Assembly (NCBI RefSeq): GCF_009914755.1 | Contig: NC_060929.1 | DNA: 64,000 nt | Source: the human T2T-CHM13v2.0 reference genome, Homo sapiens | Reading direction: 5' to 3' (one strand) | Shown here: positions 26,174 through 41,663 of the stretch, piece by piece | How positions within the stretch are numbered: the stretch's first letter is position 1 | Layout of the letters: each line of letters starts with the position of its first letter | Translations under genes and position numbers: made by a program | Notes under the pieces: model-generated | Databases searched by the model: none | Told to the model about the DNA's origin: nothing | Seen by the model: the letters and a program-made list of their open reading frames with translations, nothing else

Positions 26174-27963
26174 ACAATGAGAACACATGGACACAGAGAG
26201 GGGAACAACACACACCAGGGCCTGTTGTGTGGTGGGGGGCAAGGGGAGGGAACTTAAGAGGATGGGTTGATACGTGCAGCAAACCACCATGGCACATGTA
26301 TACATATGTAACAAGCCTGCACATTCTGCACATGTATCCCAGAACTTAAAAAATTAAATTAAAAAAAAAGAAAAATATTCCATTTATAATTTAAAATCTC
26401 CCCCAAACAGAAATCACCAAGCCGAGAAGTTGTCACTGGAGAATTCTACTAAACATTTAAGAATCTATACCAACTCTGCAATCCTTCTAGAGATTGCTGA
26501 GTGTTTAACTATGTGCCAGGAACTGCTCCAATTGTTTTACATGTCTCAACTCATTTAATCCTTTCAACAACCCCATAAAGTAGGCACTATTGTTACTCCC
26601 TCACATATGAGGAAAATGAAATCCAAACAGCTTAAATAACACAGCTAGTACACAGCACTTCCAGGATTCCAGTTTAGCTGCTGGCTCCTAAGCCCTTATT
26701 CTCACCCACCACATTATGCAATCCCTAAATTTCACAGAGCTTGGTTTGTGGCCATTGCTCAAAAAATATTGGAATCAAATCAGATGCTAAGATTTCTTAA
26801 GTTTTCATCTTAATCTATTGCCAAATTTTCAAATTTCACTTTTATAACATGAAATTCAGATCTGACCAGGATATGCTATTTCAACAAAGAAGTTGGGATA
26901 CTACCATATTTGCCATTCTTAATAGAAATATGTGCATTTTGTACACTTTAAAAAAGGTTATTCCTGCTGGCAACTGCCATACAATTCCCATTTCAGATAA
27001 CAGTTAAAATATATCTGAGAGAATAAACCAGAAAAGAGGTGTTATTGGAAATGGTAAGAGCATCACTAAAGCAGAACCAGCTGCACCAATATAATTACAA
27101 GAATCAAGAATCACAACACAGCTTCATTAGTTTTTTCCATTGTGTTTGTTACTTTACCCCTTCAAGACTAATTATACCAATTCCCATTGATTTTAACAAG
27201 CACCCTGGATTAAACACTGTAGACTGACTGGTTAGAGATGTTGCGGTATAGAGGTATATCTGAACTGCCTCCATTTAGGAAAAACTGGTATGTTACAAGC
27301 ATTATATTGACAAATTACATTTTTTTCTGACCAGGAAAACAAAAGAGGAAACAGCGTTTCCCAAACACATACACTACAGGGAAAATCATCTAGAATTTAA
27401 TGTTTGATAAATGCTCATTATATTGATATATAGGACTTCTTTCTCAACTAAGAGCTTTAGTAACTAAGAGCTCTATATTAACTCAGTATTCAAAATAACC
27501 CATGATGCTGCTGATGGCAAGGCTTACCCAGGCTTCCTGGATATGCTGCGAGAACATAGGCTGATTCTGCAGAACATGGAAATTTCAGGAGTTCCAGTGA
27601 TTGGGGGTGGCCTCAATCACGGCTTCTCTAACTTTTCCAAGAGACCCCAGATCCCTACCAGCAGAACAGGGCTCTGGAGCATTTGGCAATGTACTGATCA
27701 CAAGTAATTGTATTAGGCTGAACCATATGCAATTGCCATTCTTTGGTATCTCCATTACATTCAACCAACTATAACACTTACTGTGTGTTAGGCAGCATTC
27801 CAAGCATTTCCAGTGCCCCAAACACAATTAAGTCTCACTTTTTAAAAATTAACAATCCATTCCAATTTTACTTTCTACAAAGTTGCTTGCCTGTTGTAAT
27901 ATAAAAATACCATTTTTCCACAAAGCTTTGAGAAAAATTAATGCTCCAAAAGAAGAGTTTTTG

Positions 27964-28374
<411 letters not shown>

Positions 28375-30725
28375 TCAGAGGTAGACCAGCAGAAAACTAA
28401 ATGTCTAGCTGACTCCTCGCTCTTCCCCAATACTTCTCTGCAAAACCCTTTCCTTTAATAAGGCTCAAAAAAACATTGTTAGCATTTATTTTTCCAAGAA
28501 GAAATGGTTCTCATAGCACTTGACAGAACAATTAACACCTAAAGAAACAAGTTACAATGCTGGCTTCTGAGTTGACACGTACAGAAAGACTACTTTCCAT
28601 ACTGGAATAGCTCCAATAGTAATCTGATGCATACTGTTTAATGCAATCGGAAACCATAAAATTGTGGCCATCTAGTGCCACCAATGTGACTCCAAGATTT
28701 TTAAGGTCTTTATGTCCAATCACCAAGAAACTAGCAGAAAAGCGTCATTAAACTTTCTTGCCATACCTAAAGATATGTTGGGGGCAGGGTTCGGGAGACG
28801 GATTGAATTGAACACTATAGACCTCCATGCTACATCTTCCAATTCTCCAAAATGTCATTTGTGAAAGAAAATATCAGACAATAGAGGTTTTCCTCCATCA
28901 CCCTCATCTAGTCAGTGACAGCTATGACCTTGGTAGGGTTCTTAGTTTCTTTCTTCCTCTCCTCACCCCACATCCTGTCGCCATTTACAATAACTATATT
29001 TTGGGGTGATTCATTCATTAAACCCTTCCTGCCTGCTTTCTGTAAGCCTCCTGTCCTGGGGCCCAGGGAATTGTTTTTTGTTTTTTGGGTTTTTTTCTCT
29101 GATTGACAAGAATGACTTTGGTTTCTGCAAGACTAATGACTACATTCTTAAACAAACACAAATGAAAGAAGGGGCTTCAGCCCAGAAAATAATTTCCCTA
29201 CAAACCACTGAAGAAACTGGCAGTGCAGTAATTTTAAAGTTTAAACAATTGATGAGTTTTCAAATGTAAGGAGACACCTAAACTTAAAATGGAAAAACAA
29301 AAACATGCAACTGGCCAAGTTCGCATTTTCTCCTTTGTCATCGGATCTAAAAGTTTATCCTGGCACCGGCACAAAGAAGTAATGATTCCATCAGCAGCCT
29401 AACAGATGGCAGGCACGAAATGGCTCTAACCTTCTCTGAGAATGCTGGAGAATAGCTCTGTGGAGTTTAATTTAACAGGATAGTGGCTGCTATTTTCTCT
29501 CTGCTGCCTCTAGCACAGCACGCAGTCCACAGCTACATCTTAAGGTCCGGCCCTGCAGTTACTCAGGTTAACCCTTCAAGACAATCAAGTGTCTGGAGTT
29601 ACTGTGGGATCCTTTTTCTGCAAGGGGTTCTATTCCAACAAATGCAACTTAAACTTTTGATCATAACCAAACAGGCTGTGCACGAAGTAGTATTTTTAGA
29701 ATCTCTTTTCTTCTATTAGCATTTAAGAGGCACTGAGGCACTTTTTTCTAGGACAGTGAATTGTATTTTTCTGAAGGACTTGAGGTAAAACACTAGAAAG
29801 GAGAGATCTTTTGTCTCAAACTTCCTTCTCCAGCAAGCTTCCTAAAGGTTACTACTGATAAGAGAACATCATGACTTCTGGCTTTGGTAGGAATAACTGC
29901 CCATGGCTTCAGGATCACCTTGGGAGCTACATGCAACCCTGATGCTGGGGCCTGCATCAGGCCAGCAACACTGACCAATAAACCAGAAAGAATCTCTGAG
30001 GGTGAGACCCTGGCATCGGTGTTTTTTAAAGTTCCCCAGGTTTTACCAATTGGCAGCTAAGGTATAAAATACTGCATTTAAAATTTTGAAGACAGCATTT
30101 CAAAATTCTGTAAGTTAAGCTTCTTTCAGTTAACTTCTGTCCTGAGTCGCTACCACAGTGACTTTGCCATTCTTAGGACTCTCCCTTTCCACCTTCCTCA
30201 GTCTTTCCAAGGCTTGTGTTGAGGTTCTCGGGCTCGCAGGACTAGCCCACACAAGTCAGCATGCTACCCTCCTGCCCTGAGACATCAGGGAAACACTGTG
30301 CTGATACTGCAGCCTGAATTCAAGGATGTCCTCAAACCAGGCTGTAACCATCAGAACAGCTTGAAGGTAAAAAACATTTACACCTCAATGTCCTGTACCT
30401 TGCAATTTGTGTACTGCAGAGCTCCTACCTGACTCAGATGAGGTGGTCTCATGCAGCCAGCTCCACCCTTCTGTATATAAGGCTGGGCTAGAGAGAAGCT
30501 ATTATCTCACCAAAGGTATAACATGCCCTTCTCTCACTCAGACATTATTTGCTGGTGAGCTTTGGGGCCACAAACCTATGTGTTTCTGCTGATCTCTCCA
30601 CTGTGCATCCTATGCTAATTTTTCTTCTGCATCCTTTAAATAAGTAATCATTGTTTGATATACCCAAGAGATAACTGTGTCTGGTCTTACCATCAATTGG
30701 TTCCCACTACTGCCATCTGTCAGTG

Positions 30726-31976
30726 CACGGAATCTTTTAAAAATTCATGGAAAATGCATATTATGAAAAACTATGCATGAATTTCAATTTTTTTCACCAA
30801 AATAAACTCATACTAAGTTGTTATAATATGTCTAAACAGGATCTGGTTTGAGGTACTAAGGAAGCTAAAACATTAGTTTGAAAAGAGCCCCTACCAGAAC
30901 AACATAAATTTTGCTAAGATTGAAACAAAAACATCAAATCTATGGTGAAGCTTGGGATGAATGATGAAATCATTGATGTCTTACAATTCTGCAAAGAAAT
31001 CAGCAGTTTACAAATGCATAGCTCATTTTAAGAAGGGACCAGATGATGCTGAAGATGAACCCTACAGTGGCAGGCCATCCACGTCAATTTCTAAGAAAAA
31101 AATTAATCTTGTTTGTGCCCCAGTTGAAGAGGATGGCAATTAGCAGAAGCAATAACCAACACCACAGACATCTCAGTTGGTTCAACTTATACAATTCTGA
31201 CTGAAAAATTAATGTTGAACAAACTCTACACTCAATAAGTGTAAAAATCATTGCACCCAGATCAGGTGCAGACAAGAGTGGAGCTTTCTATGGAAATTTT
31301 AAACAGGTAAGATCAAGATCCTGAAGCATTTCTTCAAAGAATTGTACAAGGAGATGAAACATGGCTTTATTAGTACAATCTTGAAGACAAACTACAATCA
31401 TACCAATGGCTACCAAGAGGTAGAAGTGGTCCAGTCAAAGCACAAGCAGACTGGTCCAGAGCAAAGGTCGTGGCAACCGTGTTTTGGGATGCTCAGGGCA
31501 TTTTGCTTGTTGACTTTCTGGAGGGCAAACAACAACATCTGCTTATTATGAGGGTATTTTGAGAAAGTCAGCCAAAGCTTTAGCAGAAAGACACACAGGA
31601 AAGCTTCCTCAGAGGCCTTCTCCACAATAATGCTCCTGCTCATTCCTCTCATTAAAGACAATTTTATGAGATTTTTCATGGGAAATCATTAGGCATCTAC
31701 CTTACAGTCCTGACTTGGATCCTTCTGACTTTTTTTGTTTTCTAATCTTAAAAGAAACCTTTAAAGGCAACCAATTTTTCTTCAGTTAATAATGTAAAAA
31801 AGACTGCATTGACCTGGTTAAATTCCCAAGACCCTCAGTTCTTTAGGGATGGACTAAATGGCTGGTATCATTGCTTTAAAAAGTCTCTTGAATTTGATAG
31901 AGCTTATTCTGAGAAATAAAGTTTATATTTTTATCTTTTAATCCCATTTTCCTATGAACTTTTTAAAGCTCCCTCA
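30726..31976 (+). mobile_element. Near full-length Hsmar2 mariner transposon (transposase pseudogene)
   Basis: Degenerate TIRs (aaaaattcatggaaaatg / cattttcctatgaacttttt); GDETW (31350-31364), HNNAPAH, YSPDLDPSDF (from 31703); start ATG mutated to ATA (~30904). Confidence 0.9.
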
Positions 31977-33948
31977 TATAATGATACACGCCTTCTAGTG
32001 ACACACTGGACCAAGTCAAAAGAGAAAACAAATCCTGCCGTATTCCTGCACACAGCAGATGCTCCATAAATGCTGGCTGAACTTAGGGCTCTACCCCTAA
32101 AGGAAGGATCATCACCATACCTGGGCTCTAGCATTAACAGGGTGTGGACAAGACATTCTGGTAACAAGGCACGGAAACCCACCCAAACACATTCAAGTAA
32201 AATGAGGACAAATGAAAGGATAAATACGAAACAGAAACAAAGTACAGAAAATAGAGCTGAGCCTCACAGGCCAACAAGAAGCTACACTCTCTCTCCTTCA
32301 CCCTTTGGAAACACCTGGCTTCATTCTGTTTGTCCATGTTGGGCTTCATTACTTCTCCCTCTGCAGGTCCTGGTCCTTCGTTCCATTAGCACCTGGCCCA
32401 CCCAGGTCACTCAATAATGGTGGCCTCTGCTTATTTCTGGAAGAAACTCTAATGTCTCACCTTGAGGGAAGGCAGGGAGCTAACATCGTATGGTCAGGAT
32501 AACACCCTCATCTGGGGCAGCTGAAAAGGACTAGGATTATTACTATAAATGATAACCACAAGCTTGGCTGAGAGATGGGATACCCCCCAAAATTAGAATG
32601 CACACATAAATATCAGCTGTAACAACTTTATTTCAGAATGACTGCAGGAAGGAATTTCATAGGTAAACAACTAATTTATAGCTCTATATCACAATAACAC
32701 TGAATCAGAAACACTTCATCCCACATAAAAATTTGGCCTGATCATTTTTTGAGTTTTAATCCTCTTAAGTTTCACATTATAGAACTGAATACACAAAAAC
32801 ACTAACACAGCTGGGGGAGACAATGGTTTATTGATCAAGAGAAATTATTTCTAGCAATATCTCACTTGCCGCGAGTTCACAAATATGACAACTGCAGATG
32901 AGGATAAAGAAGTAAGTTAGGGGAAGAGAGTTGAGCCACTGAAATAATGTCACCAAGTCAATGTAGCAAAGTACATTCATTTTTATTGCTAGAACAGCCT
33001 CTCAAAACCTCATTCAAATCCTCTCTACTCTTATTCAACATATAGTATGCAGTTACACAATTTCCCAACCCCAGGGCAAATTAGAGAAAGCTTCCTAGAG
33101 GTAGGCACAGTAATGGGAGAGATAAATGACAGATAAAAGTGAGGGAAAAGAAAAACTCTAAAAACCATGGTAGAACTCAAAGAGCAAATGTATCTGGAGC
33201 CTTCAGTGTAGGGACTTTAACAAAACTAAGTAGGGCCTGAAAGAATTAAAAACATATATGACGACTCTGAAAAGATTTAATTATCCCCAGTAGACTGTGT
33301 TTGCAAAAGCAGAGAAATGTATACTAAATTAAGAAATAGTTTGATGTAAATGATTGAAATAAAGTAAAAAAGATGTGCAAGTTAAAAGAATAACCTTGAG
33401 TTTTCTACACCATGCACCGCACAATGTCTGATAAACAAGTATCAGTACATATATACTGCTTATAAAATACACAAAGTAGTTCATAGAAAAAGAATACAGC
33501 ACCTTTTTCATCCATATATGACTGAAACTATAAAAGCCCCTTCCTGGTAAAAGCACCTCAGTCATATAGGGATAGTTCAAGTCAGCTTCTCTCTGCATAA
33601 GAACTTTATACTGTGTCCTGAATGATCAACTGAAATTCCACGAATCAGAATCGCTGGGGAAAGGGACTGAGAACCTGCACGTTAGCACGTTGCCCCAAAG
33701 ATTTCTGGTACATGTGAAGTCTGAGAATCACAGGGTAAATCATCGCCTTGAAGACAGGAGGAGACTGGCCAGGTCTGTGAATTAACCCTTTCCCACTCTT
33801 GTTTCTAGTGTGCCCAATAAGCCTGTACTCCTGGTTTTGACATTTCTTAAGCTACACAGTACAGAATAAAAAACATGGACTTCTAAATGTTTTATCACAA
33901 AACATATAATTTAAAAAAATTAACAAGCCCTAATTAATTCCAAAAAGA

Positions 33949-34102
33949 GGACAGACACAGTGGCTCAAGCCTGTAATCCCAGCACTTTGGGAGGCAGAGG
34001 CAGAGGCAGGAGGATCATTTGAGGCCAGAAGTTCAAGACCAGCCTGATAAACATAGTGAGACCCTATCTCAAAAAAAAGTAAATGAAAAAAAAAAAAAAA
34101 AA
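33949..34102 (+). mobile_element. Alu left monomer (FLAM-like)
   Basis: gtggctcaagcctgtaatcccagc...accctatctc + poly(A). Confidence 0.8.
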
Positions 34103-35225
34103 GACCATAAAATTTCTAAGCCATATATGTGAAGCTGGAAGCAATAGCTGCCTGCAGGGGGAAAATTACTGAGTGAGGAAAAGTAATCCCTGAGGATTAT
34201 TTAGGAATGAGGAGGAAGATACATCTAAAAGTAGTCTTAGAGGAGAGGCAGAATAAAACTTACATCCAGAGTACAAAAATGCAAATCCATTAAAGCTTGG
34301 CCAGGATGTTTAGGCCTGTCCTTAACACTCTGGAAGCAGAGGCTAAAAACTACTGGCTGGCAAACATGTTTTTTGTTTTGGCCAGCACAATGTTTTAAAC
34401 AATTCTGAATTGGTTGCCAATAAAAAACTAGGAGATTTTTTTTTTAATTCTGTCTTTTCTTAGAAAATTGGAAATAGGAAATACTAAAAAAGACCAACGA
34501 CACAACCGCACTGTGCTGGAACCGGGCACACAAGGCAGAAATTCAACCTCTCTGTGCCTTGGTCTATTTCTAATAAAAAAATTCCTGCTACAAAGATCCT
34601 TTCCAACCACAGAGATATTAAGAAAAAAATTAAATATTGTCTGCAAATACCTAAAAGTCACTGTAGTGTTCTTAGCTGCCCACTGGAACTACCAAAGGAG
34701 TTTTTTTTAAAGCTGATGCCTTGGTTCCACTACCTGAGATTCTGATTTTTGGTCTGAGAAGCAACCCAGGCATCAGAATTGCAGAAAGCTCCCCAAGCAA
34801 TCCTAACAGACAGCCAAGGTTGAGAACTCCTGCCTTCAGAGGATGGGAGTTTTTGAGTGTGAAGGGTTAAACTTACTCTAATGTCAACCTCCAAATACAA
34901 ATTTCTTGCCTCTCACTTCCACAATAATTTGCATCACCTTTTATTTTTTGAAATAGGCTATTACTCCAAAAGCCTACCAAATGCCATCTACAAATTGGAA
35001 AAAAAAGGTCAAAGTGTGTTTTAGTTTCTACCATTATTTTTCCCTCCAACACAATTGAAGAATGAAACACTATGAAGCTGAAAAGAAATTAAGAGACAAA
35101 ATTCAGGCAGCACAAAGAGCTCAGATACAATAAGAACAGGCTCACAGTGGCAGGCTTGTATGAAAAAATACAATTGCTTTGAAATTCATCAATGGATTAA
35201 GTGGAAAAATTTTCAGACATTTTAA

Positions 35226-35570
<345 letters not shown>

Positions 35571-37854
35571 CTGATTTTTATCTTAAGAAGATGAATTTCA
35601 AATTATTACCTCTCTTCAAGATTTTTTAGGTAGTATGTATTTATATTTTGGCTTCTGATCACGAGAAATGCAAACTACTGCCATCTAAGTTTCAAACAGT
35701 AGTACCACTTTACGTTACAGTTAAAAAGTACCTTTGCAAAATGTTTTACATAATAATGGCTTCCATTTCCTGGACTTCTACTATGTACTAGGCAGTGTGC
35801 TAGGTACTTCATAGGCATGATCTCAAATCAGTCCAACAATCTCACAAAATTAATTCTATCATCTTGTTTCACAAATTTTTTTAAATGAGATTCAGAAAGA
35901 TTTAAAATTGTGTTCATGATCACTGAGCAAGTAGGTGCCAGCACTTGGATTCAAACCCAGGTCTGTCTGTTGACTTAAAACCCTGCACAAAATTACCTTC
36001 TTTAATCATCATAACGCATTGGCGGAAAGACCTGTGCCTGATTATCCCCATTTGCCCAATAAAAAACAGAGAGGTTAATGATTTGCTTGCTCACCATCAC
36101 AGAACGAATTAGCAGAAAAGAAACTGCCTTCCCACTCTTCATTTCATTTTTTTTTTTCCAGAGGACCAAATCACAGTTTACATATTACATTCTAAAAGCT
36201 ATACTTATGGCAGTTACATATTACTTATGGATAGGATAAAAATCTCCTGATTTCTGAGAATCTTAAACATTGTTATAAATACGGCTTAGCTTCAACATAG
36301 GTCTGGTACATTCCTGTTTGTTCCAGTCCACCCGTGAATCAGGTACCAGTTCAACTCCCTTATTGGTTCCAGAATCCCCTCACGAATCCTAGGAACAACG
36401 GTGCTGATAACATAAGGGCACAAGCACCCTCTCCAGGCCTTTATCCTGTCCTTAGCTGCCCTGACACCATCATCAGACAACCAGCAGAACACCCTGAGGA
36501 AGGGCACACATATCTTACATGGGTCTTTTTTCCTTTATTTGTAAAATTATAAAGAGATTGTGTCATAAAAATCCAGCAAGAAGGTCTTATCTCCCTGAGT
36601 CCCACTATTCGAAGCAGGCTCCCAGAGGAGGGTATCATTTTATGTCCTGGCAAGAAGGTCTTCTCTTCTTGAAGCTGCCAACACTGTATCCTCAAACCTG
36701 TATTCCAGAAACTGTGTCTGTGATGTGCTGTGGCCAAGAAGTGATTCTCAAAAAAAAAATAAATAAATAAAAAAGTAGACATGGATACAGCTCTCCTGCA
36801 AGAGAAAGCAAACAGGCTTTATCACCTCATAAACATGTCTCACCAATCAATACTTATTTGCCCTCTTTTCTGAAGCAACTCTTCAGAGTCCACTTGAATT
36901 CTATCACTACGGATAATTCTTGAAATTGCATTTCTCCCTCCTAATGATCTTCGAACAAGGCAAGCACCTCATTTTATTAAGTCCAACTACCCAAAGGAGC
37001 TGGTTCAGAGAAGAGTTAAGATATAGCTAAAATTGAGGTCTTAATCATTCCAGTGTGATAGAACTCTGCTATGTTGTCAAATCTCACCAAGCCTGATCTC
37101 CCAACTGCCAGTGGCAAGAACAGACAGCTGTCAGGGTTATTTGTTTTATTCAAAAATGACAGGAAATCAAAAATCTATCAAAGGGATGTGTCAACAGCAA
37201 TGCCACAAGCATATTGGTTAGTGAGATTTATGTGTCTCCATTTTGGCTCATGACAAAAATCACCTTCTAAGCTTTCTCATTTTCAAATGCCCACTTGGAC
37301 ATACAGGTCAGAGAGTTCTGTGAAGTATCTTTAATGTTAGGTACAGTGTAGAACGTAGTCACTTTCTATGTGAATTTAAATTATGCAAATTTAAAATGTG
37401 GTATGATATAAAAATATTAAATACTGTCTCCTTATGCAGATTTCTGCAAATCCCACAAAACGTCTTTTAAGTATTAAAAATTGCAAAATTCCAAAGCTGA
37501 AAAAATTGAGTAAATTATAAATAGCACCTACCCTCTAGCCTCATCACAGTGCCACTTTATGTGCCAAACTAAATGCCTATATGTCTACTCCATTGTGTAC
37601 GCGCATTGGAACTTTATGAGCAATTTTAGTGACCACTGTTGCTGGTATTTTAACTTCCTGTTATTATCATTTTAATACCTTTTTATGTCTTAATATAAAA
37701 TCAGCCAAGTCTTCACAAAGTGTTGACGTTAGAGCTAATGCAAGAAAAACAAACTGTCAAACTATAAACTTTAGGGGTAAGACGTGATCAAACACTATAT
37801 TTTGAAAGGCCAAACAATCACCACAACACTCCTTGATGTTAATTTAGGACACTC

Positions 37855-38058
37855 AATCAGTAGGCAAAAATTTTCTTCAAGGACCAGACAGTAAATATTA
37901 TAGGCTTTGTAGCTATAAGGTCACTGTTATAACTATTCAACTCTGCAGTTGTAGCTTTGAACATAGTTAGAAGCATAGTTGTGTTCCAATAAAACTTTGT
38001 GTATAAAAGCAGGCAGCCGGCTAAATTTGGTTTACAGGCTGTAGTTTCCTGACCTCTA
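37855..38058. mobile_element. MER58A-like MITE
   Basis: gaccagacagtaaatattataggctttgtag...gtgttccaataaaacttt...gtagtttcctgacctct. Confidence 0.7.
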
Positions 38059-38608
38059 CTTTATTATAGCTATAGAGCTAATTTCCCCCACTTCTTTTAA
38101 TGTAGCATTTTACAACACATGAAAACAGTAGTACCCCCACCTACAACCACCCCCTCCATTTTCCATACAGTTAATTCTGAGAAATTAAAAAGTTCCATTA
38201 ACATAGGCATATTTCAAACTTGACAAACTTTGTAAAAACAGTCAAGAAAATGGGAGAAAAGGAAAGGAATAAGCTGGCAGCATTCGATGCAACATCAAAT
38301 TGTAGATTTATGTGGTAAGAGTACATACATACATATACATATATCCCCTACTTTACAGTTACTCCTCTGAGAAAACTGGTCATGAATTTTGAGAGTTGGA
38401 ATTATATAAATCTTTCAGGAAATTTCATTGCATTGAATGCATTAAATGCAACTGTCCTGTACTAAACTCCTGGTTATATTCAGACCTCGACCATTTCACT
38501 TAAGAGAGGAGAGTAAGTTGCTTTTCACAAACAATACGATGCCCTGAGTTCATGGCTTAGCCCTCAACCACAGGACAAAAACACAAACAAACAAACATAA
38601 AAAACACA

Positions 38609-38830
38609 CCAGCCTGGGCAACATAGGGAGACTTCACCTCTATAAAAAAGGAAAAAATTAGCCAGGTGTGGTGGTGCACGCCTATGGTCCCAGCTACTAA
38701 GGGGGCTGAGGTGTGAGGATTGCTTGAACCCCAGAGGTCAAGGCTATGGTGAGCCGTGATTGCGCTACTGCACCCCAGCCTGGGCAACAGAACAGTGAGA
38801 CCATGTCTCAAAATAAAACAAAACAAAACA
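38609..38830 (+). mobile_element. 5'-truncated AluJ-like SINE
   Basis: ccagcctgggcaacatag...(caaaa)n tail. Confidence 0.85.
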
Positions 38831-39194
38831 CAGAACATGGGTAACAAGACAATAGGTAATGCTGTAAACTTGTTTAATTTACTCATATTCACTACCAACA
38901 ATTTAAATCCAAACTGATTTAAAGTACGAGTTGATGTGAATCTCACCTCCCCTCTTTTCAACTGCATTTGCTCCAGGGTAGAGCCTGGCCACATTTAAGC
39001 AACAAAAAAGGGGGCAAACAAGAAGCTGAGATGCTAAAATCAGGGAAAAGCCATACAAAGAATATCATTCTTCCTATTAATCAAAAGTTGACCGAATACA
39101 TGACAACAATATCTAACTCCTAGCTATTAGCTTTCTCAGTGCCCTGGCATTTCATCTGTCTCCACCCAAAGAAGTGAACTCATTTAAAACTGCC

Positions 39195-39372
39195 ATTCTC
39201 AAAGTGTGGCCCCAGGACCAGGATCACCATCACCTGGAAATCTGTTAGAAACACAAATGCTCAGGCCCCATCTCAGACCTACTGAATCAGAACTTGGGGA
39301 GTGGGGCCCACCAATCTGTGTTAACAAATCCTCCAGATGACTCTGATGCTCAAGAAAGTTTCAAAAACACTA
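39195..39372. mobile_element. MER5A MITE
   Basis: ttctcaaagtgtggcccc...tgttagaaa...agacctactgaatcagaa. Confidence 0.75.
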
Positions 39373-40065
39373 ATTTGAAGTTTGAAGACCAATAGGTGTA
39401 TACCTTTCCCATGGAAATGGAGACCCCTCATTCCCTCATTTACCTTGGAGCTGACTCGAGATCCCACCCTCCAGAGTAAGATGGGATCTGTGCCTAAGCA
39501 TGCAAGTACAAGAGGTGCTTAGTGAGCCTCACAAATATGCTAGCCGAGAAAACCAGGGAGATGTGGCCAAGTTGTTCTCTATAATTTTTTAAGGAACAGG
39601 GTGGGTGTAGGAGTAAACCATATTTAGATTCAATTCCAACATTTATGAGCACCTGCTATGTGTATGCCTATGCTAAATGAAATTATCTTATTTAGCTTTT
39701 CCAGTAATAAAGGAGTCTATTAATATGTATTAAGTATACAGAGGTTTCATATTAATCAAAATGGAGTCCAACCTGCAAATAAGCAGAAAGACTTTACAAT
39801 TCTCCGAATGATGTTCATTCACAGGTCTGGACAGCATGCTTTACACGCCAAGGTGCTTGTATATGATGTTCCTTTTGCTTCTTTTTGGTTAACTGCTCTC
39901 ACTCTTTACTGTTTATCACAATTAGAATACCAGGTTGCTTACACAAGACTATGTGTCTCAACTTTTAAACCAACACAAGAAAACCTGAGGTAATTCTACA
40001 TTACCCAAGGCAAAGTTTGTTTTATTCAAAGGTTTCAACTCTCAGATGTTAAAAACCTAAGGCCT

Positions 40066-40378
40066 GACCAGGCACAGTGGCTCACGCCTGTAATCCTAGC
40101 ACTTTGGGAGGCTGAGGCAGGTGGATCACGAAGTCAGGAGTTCAAGACCAGCCTGGCCAGCATGGTGAAACCCCATCTCTACTAAAAATACAAAAATTAG
40201 CCGGGCATGATGGTGCACACCTGTAGTTCCTGCCTCTCGGGAGACTGAAGCAGGAGAATGGCTTGAACCCGGGAGATGGAGGTTGCAGAGAGGTGGAGGC
40301 TGCAGTGAGCCGAGATCACACCACTGCACTCCAGCCTGGGCAATAGAGCAAGACTCCATCTCAAACAAACAAAAACAA
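40066..40378 (+). mobile_element. AluS SINE with internal ~17-bp tandem duplication (gag(a/g)tggagg(t/c)tgcag)
   Basis: 15-bp TSD aaaaacctaaggcct. Confidence 0.92.
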
Positions 40379-41663
40379 AAAAACCTAAGGCCTATAAATT
40401 CTGTAAGATGTAAACCTATCATACTCATTTATTTTGGGCTTTGATTCTTTCTTAAATAACTCTGCCCTGCCCTTTCCACTATAAAGACCATTCTCCCTGA
40501 TCCAGACAATAGAAATTTAGGAGGTGGGGGTAGGGAGTTGAGTAGTTCTGCAATCCCCCACTATCTGTTAACCCTATACCATTTGCCCTAAACTAGATGT
40601 GGCACGTGCTTCAGCATGAGTGCTGTCCTCCTTCCATCCTGTGCCCATGGCAGACACTGTTAACCACCAAGGCACTCTTACCCAGAGCCTGGGAATTACT
40701 CTCAAGACTTCAGAATCCCTTTCAATAGCATTTCAGGCAGTTACCCACCATCAGTGGAAATACATATGACTAATAAGAGATATTTGTTTCACTGGCCAAT
40801 CAACATGCCCCTTCCTTGTTTCTCTTCCTGCTCCAATTACACTTTTAAAGGCTTCCTTTGATTATTTTCAGAACAAAAACATTAAGCCTCAGTTAATCTG
40901 AGCTGCAGTCTTTACAAATCTATAACACCTTGAGGCTCTCAATCATGGTAGATTGTGCAACAGTTTTAACAATTTGAATAGAGTTGTAACCCAGCATGTA
41001 ATACAAAACTGCTCTGAAAATCAAAGAACCAAGTAAATAAAAGTACTGAAGAGATAAAACACCTGTGAAATAGTATTCTGTGCATATAACTGGGAAATGT
41101 GCAGCGTGAATAGCCCAGGGAGGCTTCTGTAGAATACCAGGCTGATAAGCATGAAAATATGGCTTGTGTAAATAATTCTGACTTTGCTTTTGGTACTCAC
41201 TGATGATTCTTTATTCAGCTAAGGGGGCACCACACTGTTCCTTTAGCAGCATCTCCATGATTCTAATTCCCTATAGAAAGAAGGAAAAAAAATTAAAATG
41301 CCCTATTTCACAGACAAGTACTTTTACATTTATCACAACCTTTTCCCTTCAAAGAATCCAGGTCATGGCCATATATTCATTTCAACAAAGTAGGCTCATA
41401 GCCATACCTGACATTTTTTTAATATTTTACTCAGCAATTTCACATACATTATCTCCGCATGTGCTCAGAACTACTCAGGGACATGGGCAGAACGGAGCTT
41501 ATGATCGCCATTTTAAACATAAGAAAACAACCCAAGAGTAGTTAAATAACTTCTTGAAAGTGGCCCTGCCAGAGCTAGAATGATAATGGCAGTAGTTAAT
41601 ATTCATTGAACATTTACAAATATGCTAGATTCACTGCTGGGGTTTTATGTGCATTACCTGGGG

